A stretch of 64,000 nt of DNA from NCBI RefSeq assembly GCF_030028105.1, contig NC_092390.1:31354777-31418776 (forward strand), read 5' to 3'. Numbering within the stretch: position 1 is the first letter of the stretch; every line of letters starts with the position of its first letter. Positions 1 through 12,801 of the stretch are shown in pieces. The stretch comes from Mobula birostris. Taxonomy: Eukaryota. The notes below the pieces were generated by a model. It ran no database searches. It was given only the letters and a program-made list of their open reading frames with translations, and had not been told where the DNA came from. A program made the position numbers and the translations under genes.

Positions 1-2637
1 ATGGATCCAAGCAAAAGATAGTGATATCATCAGTTAAGCTTTGAATGAGAATATTCTGGTGCAAAGACTAATGTATACTTGATCACAAAGAGCTAACAAC
101 CTGAATTTTACTCCAAGGACTGTGTGTTTGCTTTATTTAATTAATGATATGACTGAGAAGTTTAATTAATTTTTGCAATCACCCCTATTTACTTACCTGG
201 GTTAAGCTGCCACTTGCTTAAAACCAACTCAGTATTAAGGAGGTTCTGTTCCTCCTCAAAGCTAGACTGTAGTTCAGTGGTAATACAGTTTTCCACAAAG
301 GACAGGGACTACATGTTTCAGAAGAAGATCCAGGGTACCTGTTCTTTTCTGTGCTCTGCAGTGGGACTCAACCCTCACAGCAGTGCAATACAGAATGGGT
401 ACTACATTGTTAGAGCTGTTTTTTTTTGGTTAAGTTATGAAACTTTGACATCCCTCAATGGGCGTAAAATTTCCAAGGCATTCTTATGAATACAAGGAGG
501 GGATGTTACCCAAATCCCTGTGGCCAATGTCTTTCCCATGCTAACTATTACATAAGCAAATGTTCGATACATTATCATTTCTATTAATTATTCATTTTCT
601 CTTCACTATTTATTGTGGTTGCTCGCAGAGTACAAATCAGCTGCTGGATTTCCTGCTTCATAACATGGCCATACTTGAGACTGGGATATAAATGACTTTG
701 CAACATTGTGAAAGAAGATCCATGAAGCCCAATCTTACCTTCACTTATTTGATTCACCATTTTCTTTTCTAATATTTTCGTTTCCTCCAATCTCTTTGCT
801 ATCTCCCAACACTAGCTTTAATGTCTTTCTGATAAGCCTTTCATCTTATTAATTGAGGAACAGGCCAATATAAGTCATGAGTCAAGTGCTGACCCCTTGT
901 TTTTCGCATAACTATGACAGCAAGCCCATTACTAATGTGGAATGTTTTGATTTCACTTCCCAATTATATTCTGTTCCAAAAAAAATACACTGCAGAATCA
1001 GAATCAGGTTCATTATTGCTGACATATTTCATTAAATTTGTCTTTTTGCGACAGCAGTGCTGTGTGATACATAAAGTATACCATAAATTATAGTAAGAAA
1101 TATAGACTCAGAGACCACTGACTTTCTGTAAATTGACTTTTCTGTACATTTCAAAAGGCTTAATACTACAATAAAAGAGTAACAAACTATTGAAAGAAAG
1201 GCTTTATTACATCACATTTACATTAGTTTATGTACGTCTCCCTGATCAATTTTCTCATTTCCTTTACTCCTTTGCTAAGTTCCCCGCAATCCCACTCACC
1301 CACCTTTCCCCCTTATCCTCACTATTCCCTTCCGCTCTTTATCACCCATGTCCTCTGTTGCTCCCAGGTGGATTATCTGCTTAAATTGTGGCAGATTAAA
1401 TGCAGTTGTTTGTTATTTTACCGAGATGGATTAAGAATTCTCAGTCCTCTGTAACAATGGTGTTCTTAACACTCAAAATTAAATCCATTGACATGTCTCA
1501 TGTTAAAATCTTCTTTGGATTGTGTGGTTACATGTAGTTTTTCTGCATTATGACAAGTTTGCCACGCAGTGACATCTGCATGTGGGTGTTATGCCCTTGT
1601 GCATTAATTCCTTAATTATTATTTGTCATTTCTCATGTCGGGATTCAACCCATGGTCAAGGATTTGCACAAAAGTTTGCCCCTGGATATTACTGATACAA
1701 AATACCTATTAAGGCAAAAATTTGCATCCAACTTGCATTAAATGTCCATTTGTCACATACATGAAACAAACAAGAAAACTGAAGGCCAAAATTTTCAAGT
1801 GCTTTTAATGGCACTCTGATTTGTCTCCGTCTTTAAAATTTATTTGTTTCTCGTTCCAATTTTGAGCTTGACTGGTTTGATGCCACAGAAGTTATGAAAA
1901 AAAAGAGTCTATCTTGAGAACTTAAAATAGAAGTAAGCCGATATGTTTAAGAAACAGCAACACAAGTACTGGTGACCAATCCCTTTGATGCCACATGTGT
2001 GTCCCCCTTTGAAGATAAGAATCTGTGGTGTAGGAAACAGGACTTCATAGATTATGACTTCTGTGCTTATAGATTTTGCACAGTTTAGCTAAGTGCTTTG
2101 GAATTATGTGTATTAAAGGAGAGTGGTCAAAGTTTCGTACACTGCATTATTACAATGTAACTTTGAAATACACATTTAGAAGGACTGCAGTCTATCAGAT
2201 TATCAAGTACCACATTTCCACACAAAATCAACTAATTTAATAGATCAATGAGATGAATTTCAGTACTTTTAAGCCTAACTGATACTAAATTTAGCAGTTT
2301 ATACTCCAGTACTTCTTATGTAGTTTGCCTCTGTTTACCACCAGACTAGGACAAGGCATTGTTGGAACCTAACTGAATCTACAACCAATGCAAAGCCCTC
2401 GCTCCAAACCAAAAAGTAAAACAGCCCCCCTACAGCGTGACCACAAAAGGACCAGGTAACCTGGGGTGAGAGGTTATCACCAGCAGCACGTTTCTGCTGA
2501 TACGTATTCGCGCAGCTGTCCTCTGAGTGAAAGCTGACTGATTTCCTTGGGTCAAGCTGTGACAAAGCATACAGGAGTAATGTCACCTTTTCAGACCATA
2601 AACTGAGTCATATTTAAGTAAAGAATGGAGAATCATG

Positions 2638-2786
2638 NNNNNNNNNNNNNNNNNNNNNNNNNNNNNNNNNNNNNNNNNNNNNNNNNNNNNNNNNNNNNNN
2701 NNNNNNNNNNNNNNNNNNNNNNNNNNNNNNNNNNNNNNNNNNNNNNNNNNNNNNNNNNNNNNNNNNNNNNNNNNNNNNNNNNNNNN
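2638..2786. other. Assembly gap (149 N)
   Basis: Run of N characters. Confidence 1.
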
Positions 2787-4424
2787 TATGTAGTGGAGCA
2801 TTATATTGAGTGCTAAGTGTTGATCAGATAAAGTAACAGACAAAACAGAATAAAGTTAATCCCTGTTCTGTAGAGGTGTAAATCTTTCTATCACTGCTTA
2901 TGGTTCAGGGGCTTTATTTTCAGTGATTAAATTCATGCATCAGATTTTTTTAAACTTGTCATAAGGAATGAGTTTATTTCATGCCAATTCCTAACTTCTC
3001 ATGCTCCTGATGTGGAGGTTTGGACAAGAGTGGACTTTGTATATTGGAACTTTAAGGCAGAGTTCATAGAGTAATGAATTTATTTGCCTCATGACAAGGT
3101 TTGATAGCTCCAAAATAACAAAAGTATACCACCAGCTTTCTTGAACGGGGGCAGCACATGCTCCTACCAACACATAACCAGTTAATGCTGTATATATTCA
3201 GAAAGATATAGAGCAGAATAAGGAAAAGGCCATTTAATCCAACCAGGCCATTTGCCAATTATCTCCGAAGGAGGCATATCACTCCATTTCAACTGCTTGC
3301 CATAAATGTGTTCATATGTATCCAAATTCTTGTAAAACCCTATCTGCTTAATTAATCTCCTTCAGGGACAGGAATCTCACATTGTTACCTGGTCCAGACT
3401 ACAGACAAATCCAGGCCAATCAGTGTGTTGTTTCACCACTGTTGTTCACTGCACTAGCTCGGAGCGATGAGGGATAGATAATAAACACCAGCAGGGCAAG
3501 CAGTCTCCATAAGCTATGAGTGATTAAGTTTTTAAAAACTAAAGTTCTAAACTTGAACATTGGCATCGTCCTCACCTCAACCCCACATACTGGAAATGAT
3601 ATCAATCTGTGTATCGGTGAAATAAACATTGTTTTGCCTTCGGTCAAATCTCAATTAAATCTGCTATTATGTTCAAAGGTTCATTTATTATCAAAGTGCA
3701 CAACTCTGAAATTCTTCTTCTCCGGGTAGCTACAAACCCCCCCAAAAAAGAGAGCGCCAGCAGGATCATCAACCCCGAAATCCCTCAAATTGTTCAAAAT
3801 GACCCTTCCATTACCCTTCCATTTGTGAAGCCCAGGAAGCATTCTAATTCATGAAAGGCTCAATATGTTTCCTATGCCAATGGGCCAATGGGCTGGTCCT
3901 GGACTTACTTCCGTCTGGCATGGTTTACATATTATTATTTGATTGTTTGTGGTTTTGTATTGCTATGTTTGTACTCTGTTCTTGGTTGGTGCAACTGTAA
4001 CAAAACCTAATTTCCCTTGGGATCAATAAAGTATGTCTATCTATCTATCTATATATAGGATATAACACAATGTCTAATTAAGGCTTTCATGTTTCTTTAC
4101 TTTTTGCATTAAATAATAAATCTAGATTTACATTGGAATTTAGATTTACATTGGAATTGATCATCACTAGTTAGGAAGCGCAATAAAAATACTGATAATA
4201 TCATGAAAATGCAAAGCACATTAAAAGGCATCAAAAATGTTGCCGATCACTTCATTGATTCCGACAATGCTAACCTTTGTTTTATTGATTGTTTTGCCTT
4301 CTTCTCAATGCTTATCCATTGCTCCAAACATTGGAGTAGTTTAGCCTTTAAGGATGCTGCCTTACTGACAAACAGATCGTCTGCACAGATGAGGTTTGCA
4401 TGGTGAGAGGCAAAATGTGTTATA

Positions 4425-4710
4425 GGTCATTACAGCACAGAAACAGGCCTTTCAGCCCACATAGTCCATGCTAAACTTTTTTTTGTCTTGCCCCATTAAC
4501 CTGCACCTGAACCATAGCTCTCCATATCCCTTTCATTCATGCGCATATCCAAATTTCTCTTAAATGCCGAAATCGAACCCACAGCCCATTCCACACTCTC
4601 ACCAATCACAGAGCGAGGAAGTTCTCCCTCATATTTCTCTTAAGTATTCAACCTTTCACTCTTAGCCTATTACCTCTAGTTCTAGTCTCACCCATACTCA
4701 GTGAAAGTGC
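4425..4710 (-). mobile_element. CR1/HER1-like LINE 3' fragment
   Basis: Shares the 3' terminal sequence (acagcacagaaacaggcc...ccatgct) with the longer CR1 at 16955-19610; boundaries approximate. Confidence 0.7.
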
Positions 4711-4911
4711 TTTTTCCTGTCATCCTGCATTACTTTCTTAAACACCAACTATCTATTCAGCAGTTGTATAATCTGCTGGGAGTATTGTGACGGTGCCTCT
4801 TTCTAGCTTCTCAAGCACTGCTAGATTCTTTTTAGTGGTTAAACACTACACATTTCTACCTACAGGTGTTTTCAGAAATAGTTGCAGGATTTATCACCAT
4901 ATACATACATA

Positions 4912-5423
4912 CAATCAGTGGCCACCTTATTAGGAACACTTGTACACCTGCTTGTAAATGCAGATACCTAATCAACCAACCTTGTGCCAGCAACTCAATG
5001 CATAAAAGCACGAAGGCATGGTCAAGAGGTTCAATGGTTGTTCAGACCAAAGTGGTGAAAAACTGTGATCTAAGTGCTTTTGATCATTGGTGCCAGATGG
5101 GGTGATTTGAGTATTTCAGAAACTGCACTCGTCTCCTAGGGATTTTCACACACATCAGTCTCTGGAGTTTACAAAGAATAGGCAGCTGTTCTGTGGGCGA
5201 AAAATCCTTTTTAATGAGAGGGGTTAGAGAAGAATGAACAGACTGGTTAAAACTGACAGGAAAGTGACAGTAACTCAAATAATCATGCACTAAAACAGTG
5301 GTGTGAGTATGCAGTAGACCATCTCTGATCTCACAACACATCAAACCTTGAAGAGGATGGGCTACAGCAGCAGAAGAGCACACCAGGTTCCACTCATGTA
5401 CCTAATAAGGTGGCCACTGAGTG
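4912..5423. mobile_element. Tc1/mariner-type non-autonomous element (MITE)
   Basis: Terminal inverted repeats (TIRs) cagtggccaccttattagg / cctaataaggtggccactg, flanked by TA at 4910-4911 and 5424-5425. Confidence 0.85.
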
Positions 5424-6377
5424 TAGATTCCCTAGATAACTTCTAAAATCAGAAACCCAATAAGATCGAAACATAGAGTCACATCAACCTCTGCTCTAAT
5501 TTTTACTGCATTCTCTATTGTGATGTTTTCTAGAGGGTCCCATTTATGCCCGGAAGCATAGGCTTTAAAACTTGCATGCATGGACTTTTCTCCCTCTACA
5601 CAGTTAACCCACAAACCAATTAAGTAGCCGCAGACAATCAAAAGTCAACAGTAATTTCATTTACAGCTATATCATCCTGAAGTTCAAGTTAATATCCTGT
5701 CAAATTACACCCACAGCCCACTCTGCTGCTGCACTGCTCCGATCACACGTCCATAAAGAGCATAATTACTGCAATTTTCTTTTTTTTATGGAAGATGCTT
5801 CCTATCCATGAAAATCAGTTGAACAAAAATGAGTGACAGCTCATCAATTTCCACTGCTGAATTATTGGCAGTTTTCATCAAAGAAAAGGAAACAGTTTTC
5901 TAAATCTGTATTTGCTGATTTAAATTCATGACTAAATCCAAATCTATTTGCATTTGTCTGCCGTTAGTGATTTTTACAATGCAGAAGACTATTCAGTGCA
6001 CCAGTCTATCCAATTTATTCTGTCTTTTTACTCCTTCACCATAGCCCCAAAAATATCTTCATATGCACATCCAATTCCCTTTGAAGGTTACTGTTGAATC
6101 AGCTTTCATTAACTTTTCAGACCTAATATTTCAGATCATAACAGCCAGCTGCAAAGTAAAATTTCCATTCATTTCCAGCTCCCTCCTGATCATTCACGAT
6201 TGCTAATATTAATCTGTAAACACTGATTTTTAAAGAAAAACAGTTCTTGTAAAGTCAAGTCAAGCATCTCCCTGCCCTAACAAATAAGCTAATTTTTTTG
6301 CTTCTCTCTGCAAGATAAGGATTACATCTGACAGCATACACTAGGACCTACTTATTCTGCTGGCTCACTTATATTTG

Positions 6378-7066
6378 AGCAATGCACAAAATGCTGGAGG
6401 AACTCAGCGAGTCAGGTAGCATCCTGTCATGGTGTGCACTCGCAGGACAGAATCCATGTGTGGAGGTCACTGGCACTGACTCAACCTAGGTGCAGCAGAC
6501 GGCAGCCTCAGTCGCAGTAAGCACTAACAACGACTCAACCCAGGATGGAATGAATGGCAGACTTCCCATGAAGAGCTGGAAATGAGAGGTTAGACATAGA
6601 AATAGCAACAGAGCATCAGAGGCACGACCAAGCGACACCAGGAAACAGATCATTCTCTATAAACACACAATATGACTCCACTAACAGAACACAACAAGAC
6701 TCCCCCTTTAAATAATCATAGAATGTGGGGAACATGTACCAGTCACAATCACGCCAACAAGACCAAACAGAAAGCACCTGGGTTTAACAGCTCTAACAAT
6801 TAGCAAATGCAGGTGCTCCAGAAATCCTGAAGCCCAGTGCTCTTCAGCAAGCCACAAAGGCCCGCAGGATTCATGGCATATCAATGCAGAGAAATAAGAA
6901 GTCGACATTTTGGGCCGGACCCTTCATGAGTCCTGACAAAGGGTCTCAGCCTGAAACGTCGACTGTTTGTTCCTCTCCATAGATGCTGCCTGACCTGCTG
7001 AGTTCCTTCAGTATTTTGTGTGTGTGTTGCTCTGGATTTCCAGCATCTTACAGAATCTTGTGTTTA
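6378..7066. mobile_element. Fold-back Penelope-terminus insertion with two degenerate hammerhead motifs, interrupted by a solo LTR
   Basis: Inverted copies of the Penelope 3' end meet at ~6930. A tail follows the + copy. Degenerate TSD tcacttaYat at 6365-6374 and 7067-7076. Confidence 0.75.
6425..6878. mobile_element. Probable solo LTR
   Basis: TG...CA ends with short inverted termini tgtcatg/catggca. It cleanly interrupts the Penelope terminus. The 5-bp flanks catcc/tatca match only partly. Confidence 0.55.
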
Positions 7067-8438
7067 TCACTTACATGAGATGGGTGCAATGCAACCAAAT
7101 TCCTCAGAGACTCCTTCTGTCAAAGTAAACTGGAAGACTTACCAGGTGGAGGATTCATAACTCTGGTGTGGAGTATGTGGGCCACTCATTCAGCAGCCAG
7201 TGTTCTTAACATCTGAAAGGCCTGTTTCATTGTTCATTTAAAGGGGACTGCCCTGAGCAGAGCCCAATATGTGGAGCGGAATATTTGGAAAGCTACCAGG
7301 TATGTCCTTTTCATTTTAGTTCCTCAATCTTTGCAATGGCACTCACTAGAGACTCCAACCAAACTCTGTTTCCAGTCGCAATTCCCACCATTCCATTATA
7401 ATTGCAAACCCTGCACCTAATCACAAAATCACTATACTTCCCTTCCCAATGCTCCTTCCTTGCCTCTGAAGTTCCAACCTCTTCTGTGGCAAACTTTCCA
7501 GTTCTCCCCCTATCTCAAGCCCTCTTTCTCACTCCCCCAACAACCCTTGAACCATTCACTGCCCATTCACTGCATGATCTATCTGTTTTCCTTCACAGAT
7601 TTTCTCAGCTGAGCTTCAGCACTGGAATTATATGAGATCAGCTCTATAGCCCCAGGTTCAGTGAATATGTGGGCTATGGATTTACGCCAGTGAGCCCATT
7701 CATTACCGAGCTGTGCGCTGTCACTTTACTGTGCCTTTCCAGGTACTGATAAACTTCTCTGGCTCTAATTGTGAGTCTGCACCCCCAGCCTTCCTATGAA
7801 ATTCAAACAGAGATAGGCCTTAGATCCCCTGTTGTTGAGGAAACATTGAAAGAAGGCCAGAACACACTGACCCACAACTTAGCCCAGTTTCCAGCTTTTC
7901 TGGAAAAGCTCTGCCAAAGAATAGTATCTCAGTGTTCTCACACATGACACAAGTGGCCCAATATGTTTATGACGGGAAATCTGAATACGTTTTCGCAATC
8001 CCTGTTAATTCTTCGTGTCCAAGGCTTAATGAAAAAAAAATGTTAACGCTGTTGCTGTGTGTTGACTTCCTGTTTATCCAATGAAGCAACTTTAAGAGAA
8101 AGGGACATGGTCTGAATCAAAGGATCAGACCACATCACAGCACTACTGCACTATTGCATGACAGAAATATGACAAAAGATTTCATTTCCTAGCTTTGTCG
8201 CACTGATCTAAGACAGAGTGGCTTATTTCAAGTTCAAACTGCCAATACGAAAAGATGCAACTGATTTTCACCACCGCAAAATTTCATCCAAGGGCTTGCT
8301 GAGTGGGTCCTAGGAAGAATTGACACTGAGTTCAGGTTTTTGATTAATCAACATAAGAAAATAGGAGCAGGAGCTGACCGTGCATTTTCTCGTGCCTATC
8401 CTGCTTTTCAAAGTTCAAAGTAAATTTTATTGTCAAAG

Positions 8439-8723
8439 GTGGCGACCCACTTTCTGGCACCCACGAACCGGCTCACAACAGCGCGCGCAGGCAGAGGGCC
8501 AGCCCCAAAAAGGGCACCAGGCCATCTTCACCAGCAGGGGGAAAATCCCATGCGCGGAAAGGGTCTGGGAATATGCATTCCCCACAGCAGTCCCACCCCA
8601 GGGAGGGCGGGAACGGGAAGGGTTTAAAGCAGGCTGCGAAGTTTGAATAAATCTCTTTCATCGCAACTCTAACTCACCGACTCCGTGTGGTTATTCTAGC
8701 GCTGTATGTAGCACACCGCTACA
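8439..8723 (+). repeat. 5' LTR
   Basis: Direct repeat of 12516-12801 with ~12 substitutions counted by eye; lacks the terminal T; ends ...GCTACA. Confidence 0.95.
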
Positions 8724-8725
8724 AT

Positions 8726-8739
8726 TGGTGACCCCGACG
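8726..8739 (+). promoter_or_regulatory. Primer-binding site (tRNA-Trp)
   Basis: TGGTGACCCCGACG lies 2 nt after the LTR and is complementary to the 3' end of tRNA-Trp. Confidence 0.9.
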
Positions 8740-8763
8740 GCCCAAACGATATTTGGACCAGAG

Positions 8764-9468
8764 ATGACCGACGCTGCATCTGTTCACGCAGTTTCGTTAA
8801 AACTGCCAAGCTTCTAGACACTGCGACCCCAATTATGGTTCGAACAAGCAGAAGCTCAATTCCACATTCGGCAGATAACCTCGGAGTCCACTCGCTACTA
8901 CTACGTGCTGAGCTCACTCGACCAAGAGACAGCTGCACAAGTTGAGGAGTTTATACAGTCTCCCCCGGAGGACGGCAAATACACAGCATTCAAAGCCCTG
9001 CTCATAAGGACTTTCGGACTCTCACGGCGCGAACGAGCACGCCGCTTAATGCACCTGGATGGTTTGGGAGACAGGCCGCCGTCAGCATTAATGAACGAGA
9101 TGCTGGCCCTGGCTGAAGGACACAAACCCTGCCTCATGTTTGAGCAGGTGTTCCTAGAGCAACTGCCCAAAGACATATGCCTGCTGCTGTCCGACACAGA
9201 TTTCAGCAACCCCCGGGAGGTGGCGGCCCGAGCAGATGTGCTGTGGAATGCCAGGAAAGAGAGAGGGGCATCCGTCACACAGATCACCAAGCCGCGTGCC
9301 CAGCGACAGACCAGACCAGGCCCGGCAGCAGGGCCTACAAAACCCGGCGACGGGAGTGAGGAGCCCAACGAACAATGGTGTTTCTACCACCAGCGGTGGG
9401 ACACAGAGGCCCGCCGCTGCAGACCACCCTGCAGATTCCCGGGAAACGCCAGGGCCAGCCGCCGCTGA
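8764..9468 (+). pseudogene. gag: Gypsy gag (premature TAG at 8815-8817)
   Basis: MTDAASVHAVSLKLPSF*TLRPQLWFEQAEAQF... is in frame with ORF 8905-9468. C-x2-H-x9-C-x3-C motif CFYHQRWDTEARRCRPPC. Confidence 0.88.
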
Positions 9469-12420
9469 TGGCTACGGCAGTTGGCCATCAGGACAGCCTC
9501 CTGTACGTCTGGGACAAGCAGTCGGGACGCCGCTTTTTGGTCGACAACGGAGCAGAGATCAGCGTCTTACCTCCAACGAGTTACGACACCCGCAACAGAG
9601 AACCAGGACCCACCCTGAGGGCTGCAAATGGCAGCACAATACGAACCTACGGCACCCGCACGGTATGGCTACAGTTCAGCTCCAGCCGGTTCACGTGGGA
9701 CTTCACACTGGCCACCGTGGCCCAACCACTCCTGGGGGCAGATTTTTTGCAAGCCCACAGCCTGCTGGTCGACCTGCAAGGGAAGCGATTAGTCCACGCC
9801 AAGACTTTTCAAATGTTCTCCCTGGGTGAAGCACAGTTGCCAGCCCCACACTTGGACTCCATCACGCTGTCCGACGACGAATTCATCAGGGTCCTGGCGG
9901 ATTTCCCATCAGTACTGACACCGCAGTTCACGGCAGCCATGCCCAGACACGGAGTACAGCATCACATCCTGACTCAGGGACCACCCCTCCACGCCCGTGC
10001 TCGAAGGCTTCCCCCGGAGAAGCTCCGACTGGCGAAGGAGGAGTTCAAGAAGATGGAGGAATTGGGGATCATACGATGGTCTGACAGCCCATGGGCCTCC
10101 CCACTTCACATGGTGCCCAAGGCAACGGGGGGCTGGAGACCATGCGGTGACTACCGCAGACTGAATGAGGCTACAACGCCAGACCGCTACCCTGTGCCGC
10201 ACATTCAAGACTTCGCAGCAAACCTACACAGCACAAGGATCTTTTCCAAGGTAGACCTCGTCCGGGGACCCCATCAAATCCCTGTACATCGGGACGACAT
10301 CCCCAAAACAACACTTATCACCCCGTTCGGACTTTTCAAATTCCTCCGAATGCCGTTTGGTCTAAAGAATGCCGCACAGACTTTCCAGCGGCTTATGGAC
10401 GCGGTGGGACACGACCTGGACTTTGCATTCATCTATTTGGACGACATCCTCATAGCCAGCAGTAGTCGGCAAGAGCATCTGTCCCACCTCTGCCAACTCT
10501 ACTCCCGCCTGAGCGAATTCGGCCTTACAATCAACCCAGCCAAATGTCAGTTCGGACTCGACACCATCGACTTCCTGGGCCACAGGATTACTAAAAACGG
10601 GGCAACCCCGCTGCCCGCAACTTCCCCCGACCCAACACAATCAAAGGCCTGCAGGAATTCGTGGGTATGGTGAATTTCTACCACCGTTTCCTCCCCTCAG
10701 CAGCCCGAACCATGCGACCCCTGTTCACTCTAATGTCGGGTAAGGGCAAGGACATTACCTGGGATGAAGAGGCCGCAACCGCTTTCGTTAAAACCAAAGA
10801 AGCCTTGGCAAACGCCGCGATGCTAGTGCACCCCAGAACGGACGTTCCTACTGCCCTCACGGTGGACGCATCCAACACAGCGGTCGGTGGAGTGCTGGAA
10901 CAACTCATCAAGGGCTGCTGGCAACCCCTGGCGTTCTTCAGCAAACACCTACGACCACCTGAACTCAAATACAGTGCTTTCGACCGGGAGCTATTGGCAC
11001 TACCCGTGGCAATCCGACACTTCAGGTACTTCTTAGAAGGTAGGCCCTTCACCGCGTTCACAGACCACAAACCGTTTACCTTTGCGTTCATGAAGGTGTC
11101 CGCCCCCTGGTCGTCCCGCCAGCAGCGACATCTGTCCTACATCTCCGAGTACACGACGGACATCCAGCATGTCTCTGGAAAGGACAACATTGTGGCGGAC
11201 GCACTATCCAGACCTACCATACAGGCCCTGTCCCAGGGGGTGGACTATGCAGCGCTGGCAGAGGCACAGCAGGCAGACGCTGAGATCTCCAGTTACAGGA
11301 CTGCAGTCTCAGGTTTGCAGCTCCAAGACCTCCCCGTAGGCCCAGGTGAGAGGACCCTACTATGTGACTTAGCTACCGGCCAACCCCACCCCGTCGTCCC
11401 AGCAGCCTGGCGCCGGTGGGTTTTCGAGTCCATTCACAACTTAGCGCACCCCTCCATCAGGATAACCGTCCGGCTGGTCGCCAACAGGTTCGTGTGGCAT
11501 GGACTGCGTAAACAGGTCAGTGAATGGACCAAAACGTGCATGCAGTGCCAAACAGCCAAGGTGCAGCGGCACACCAAGGTTCCGCCGCAGCGGTTCGAAC
11601 CCACCCGCCGGAGGTTCGACCACATCCATGTGGATATCGTGGGGCCCCTGCCAGTGTCACGAGGAGCGCGGTACCTCCTAACTATGATAGACCGGTTCAC
11701 CAGATGGCCAGAGGCAGTCCCGCTCACCGACACCACCTCCGAATCCTGCGCCCGAGCACTGATCGCAACCTGGGTAGCCCGCTTCAGGGTATCGGCCCAC
11801 ATTACCTCCAACAGGGGCGCCCAGTTCACCTTCAGTCTGTGGTCAGGTATGGCCAACCTTTTAGGATCTCAGCTACACCACACAACTGCCTACCACCCAC
11901 AGTCGAACAGACTAGTGGAGCATTTCCGCCGTCACCTGAAATCGGCTCTCATGGCCCGCCTGGAGGGGCCTAACTGGGTGGACAAGCTTCCCTGGGTCCT
12001 GCTCGGAATCCGCACGGCGCCCAAGGAGGATCTGCACACCTCGTCGGCCGAGTTGGTGTACAGCGCACCCCTGGTAGTCCCAGGAGAGTTCATACCAGCC
12101 CCAAGGGGGCAAGAGGAAGAACCCACAGCAGTCCTGGACAGGCTACGGGAGAGGCTCGGTAACCTGGCCCCCATCCCCACTTCACAGCACGGACAGAGCC
12201 CGACCTGCGTACCCAAAGACCTGCAGAACTGTAAGTTTCTTTTTGTATGACGGGGCGGACACCGGGCACCGCTACAGCGGCCCTACGAGGGACGTTTAAG
12301 GTGATCAGGAACAACGGGTCCACGTTCGTGCTGGACATTAGGGGGAGAGAGGAGGTTTTCACGGTGGACTGACTCAAACCGGCCCATGTGGACTTGGCGC
12401 AGCCGGTCCAGGCTCAGGCA
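9441..12420 (+). pseudogene. pol: Gypsy pol (protease, RT, RNase H, integrase), frameshifted
   Basis: Protease LVDNGAEIS (DTG expected); RT MPFGLKNA and YLDD; RNase H VDAS...ELLA...TDHKP; integrase HHCC and DIVGP. Deletion/frameshift near 10615-10625 and another near 12240; end coordinate approximate. Confidence 0.93.
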
Positions 12421-12495
12421 CTGCGGCGCAGGGGCAGACCTCCCAAACAGAGGCCGATCCAGACTGTGGACATTGGGGGAGGTATCGCCGGTTCT

Positions 12496-12512
12496 GGGGG
12501 GGGGAGGGGGGG
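12496..12512 (+). promoter_or_regulatory. Polypurine tract
   Basis: G-rich purine run 3 nt upstream of the 3' LTR. Confidence 0.88.
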
Positions 12513-12515
12513 TTA

Positions 12516-12801
12516 TGTGGCGACCCACTTTCTGGCACCCACGAACCAGCTCACAACAGCGCACGCAGGCAGAGGGCCGGCCCCAAAAAGGGCGCCAGGC
12601 CATCTTCACCAGCAGGGGGAAAATCCCGCGCGCGGAAAGGGTCCGGGAATATGCATTCCCCACAGCAGTCCCGCCCCAGGGAGGGCGGGAACGGGAAGGC
12701 TTTAAAGCAGGCCGCGAAGTCTGAATAAATCTCTTTCATCGCAACTCTAACTCACCGACTCCGTGTGGTTATTCTAGCGCTGTGTGTAGCACACCGCTAC
12801 A
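12516..12801 (+). repeat. 3' LTR
   Basis: TGTGGCG...CGCTACA termini; AATAAA present inside. Confidence 0.95.

Larger units (their letters stand above)
8439..12801 (+). mobile_element. Full-length, decayed Ty3/Gypsy LTR retrotransposon (CsRn1-like clade)
   Basis: Two ~286-bp LTRs, 4-bp TSD AAAG (8435-8438, 12802-12805), tRNA-Trp primer-binding site, polypurine tract, gag with a CHCC knuckle, pol order PR-RT-RH-IN. Confidence 0.97.

Noticed and set aside
2583-2843. ORFs spanning the N run
   Set aside because: Artefacts of the assembly gap.
4122-4159. Tandem duplication of tagatttacattggaatt
   Set aside because: A simple local slippage duplication with no further structure.
8696-12739. Many overlapping antisense and alternate-frame ORFs (e.g. 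9236-9829, 10678-11091, 11434-11856)
   Set aside because: They are shadow ORFs of GC-rich gag/pol and LTR sequence with no recognisable domains.
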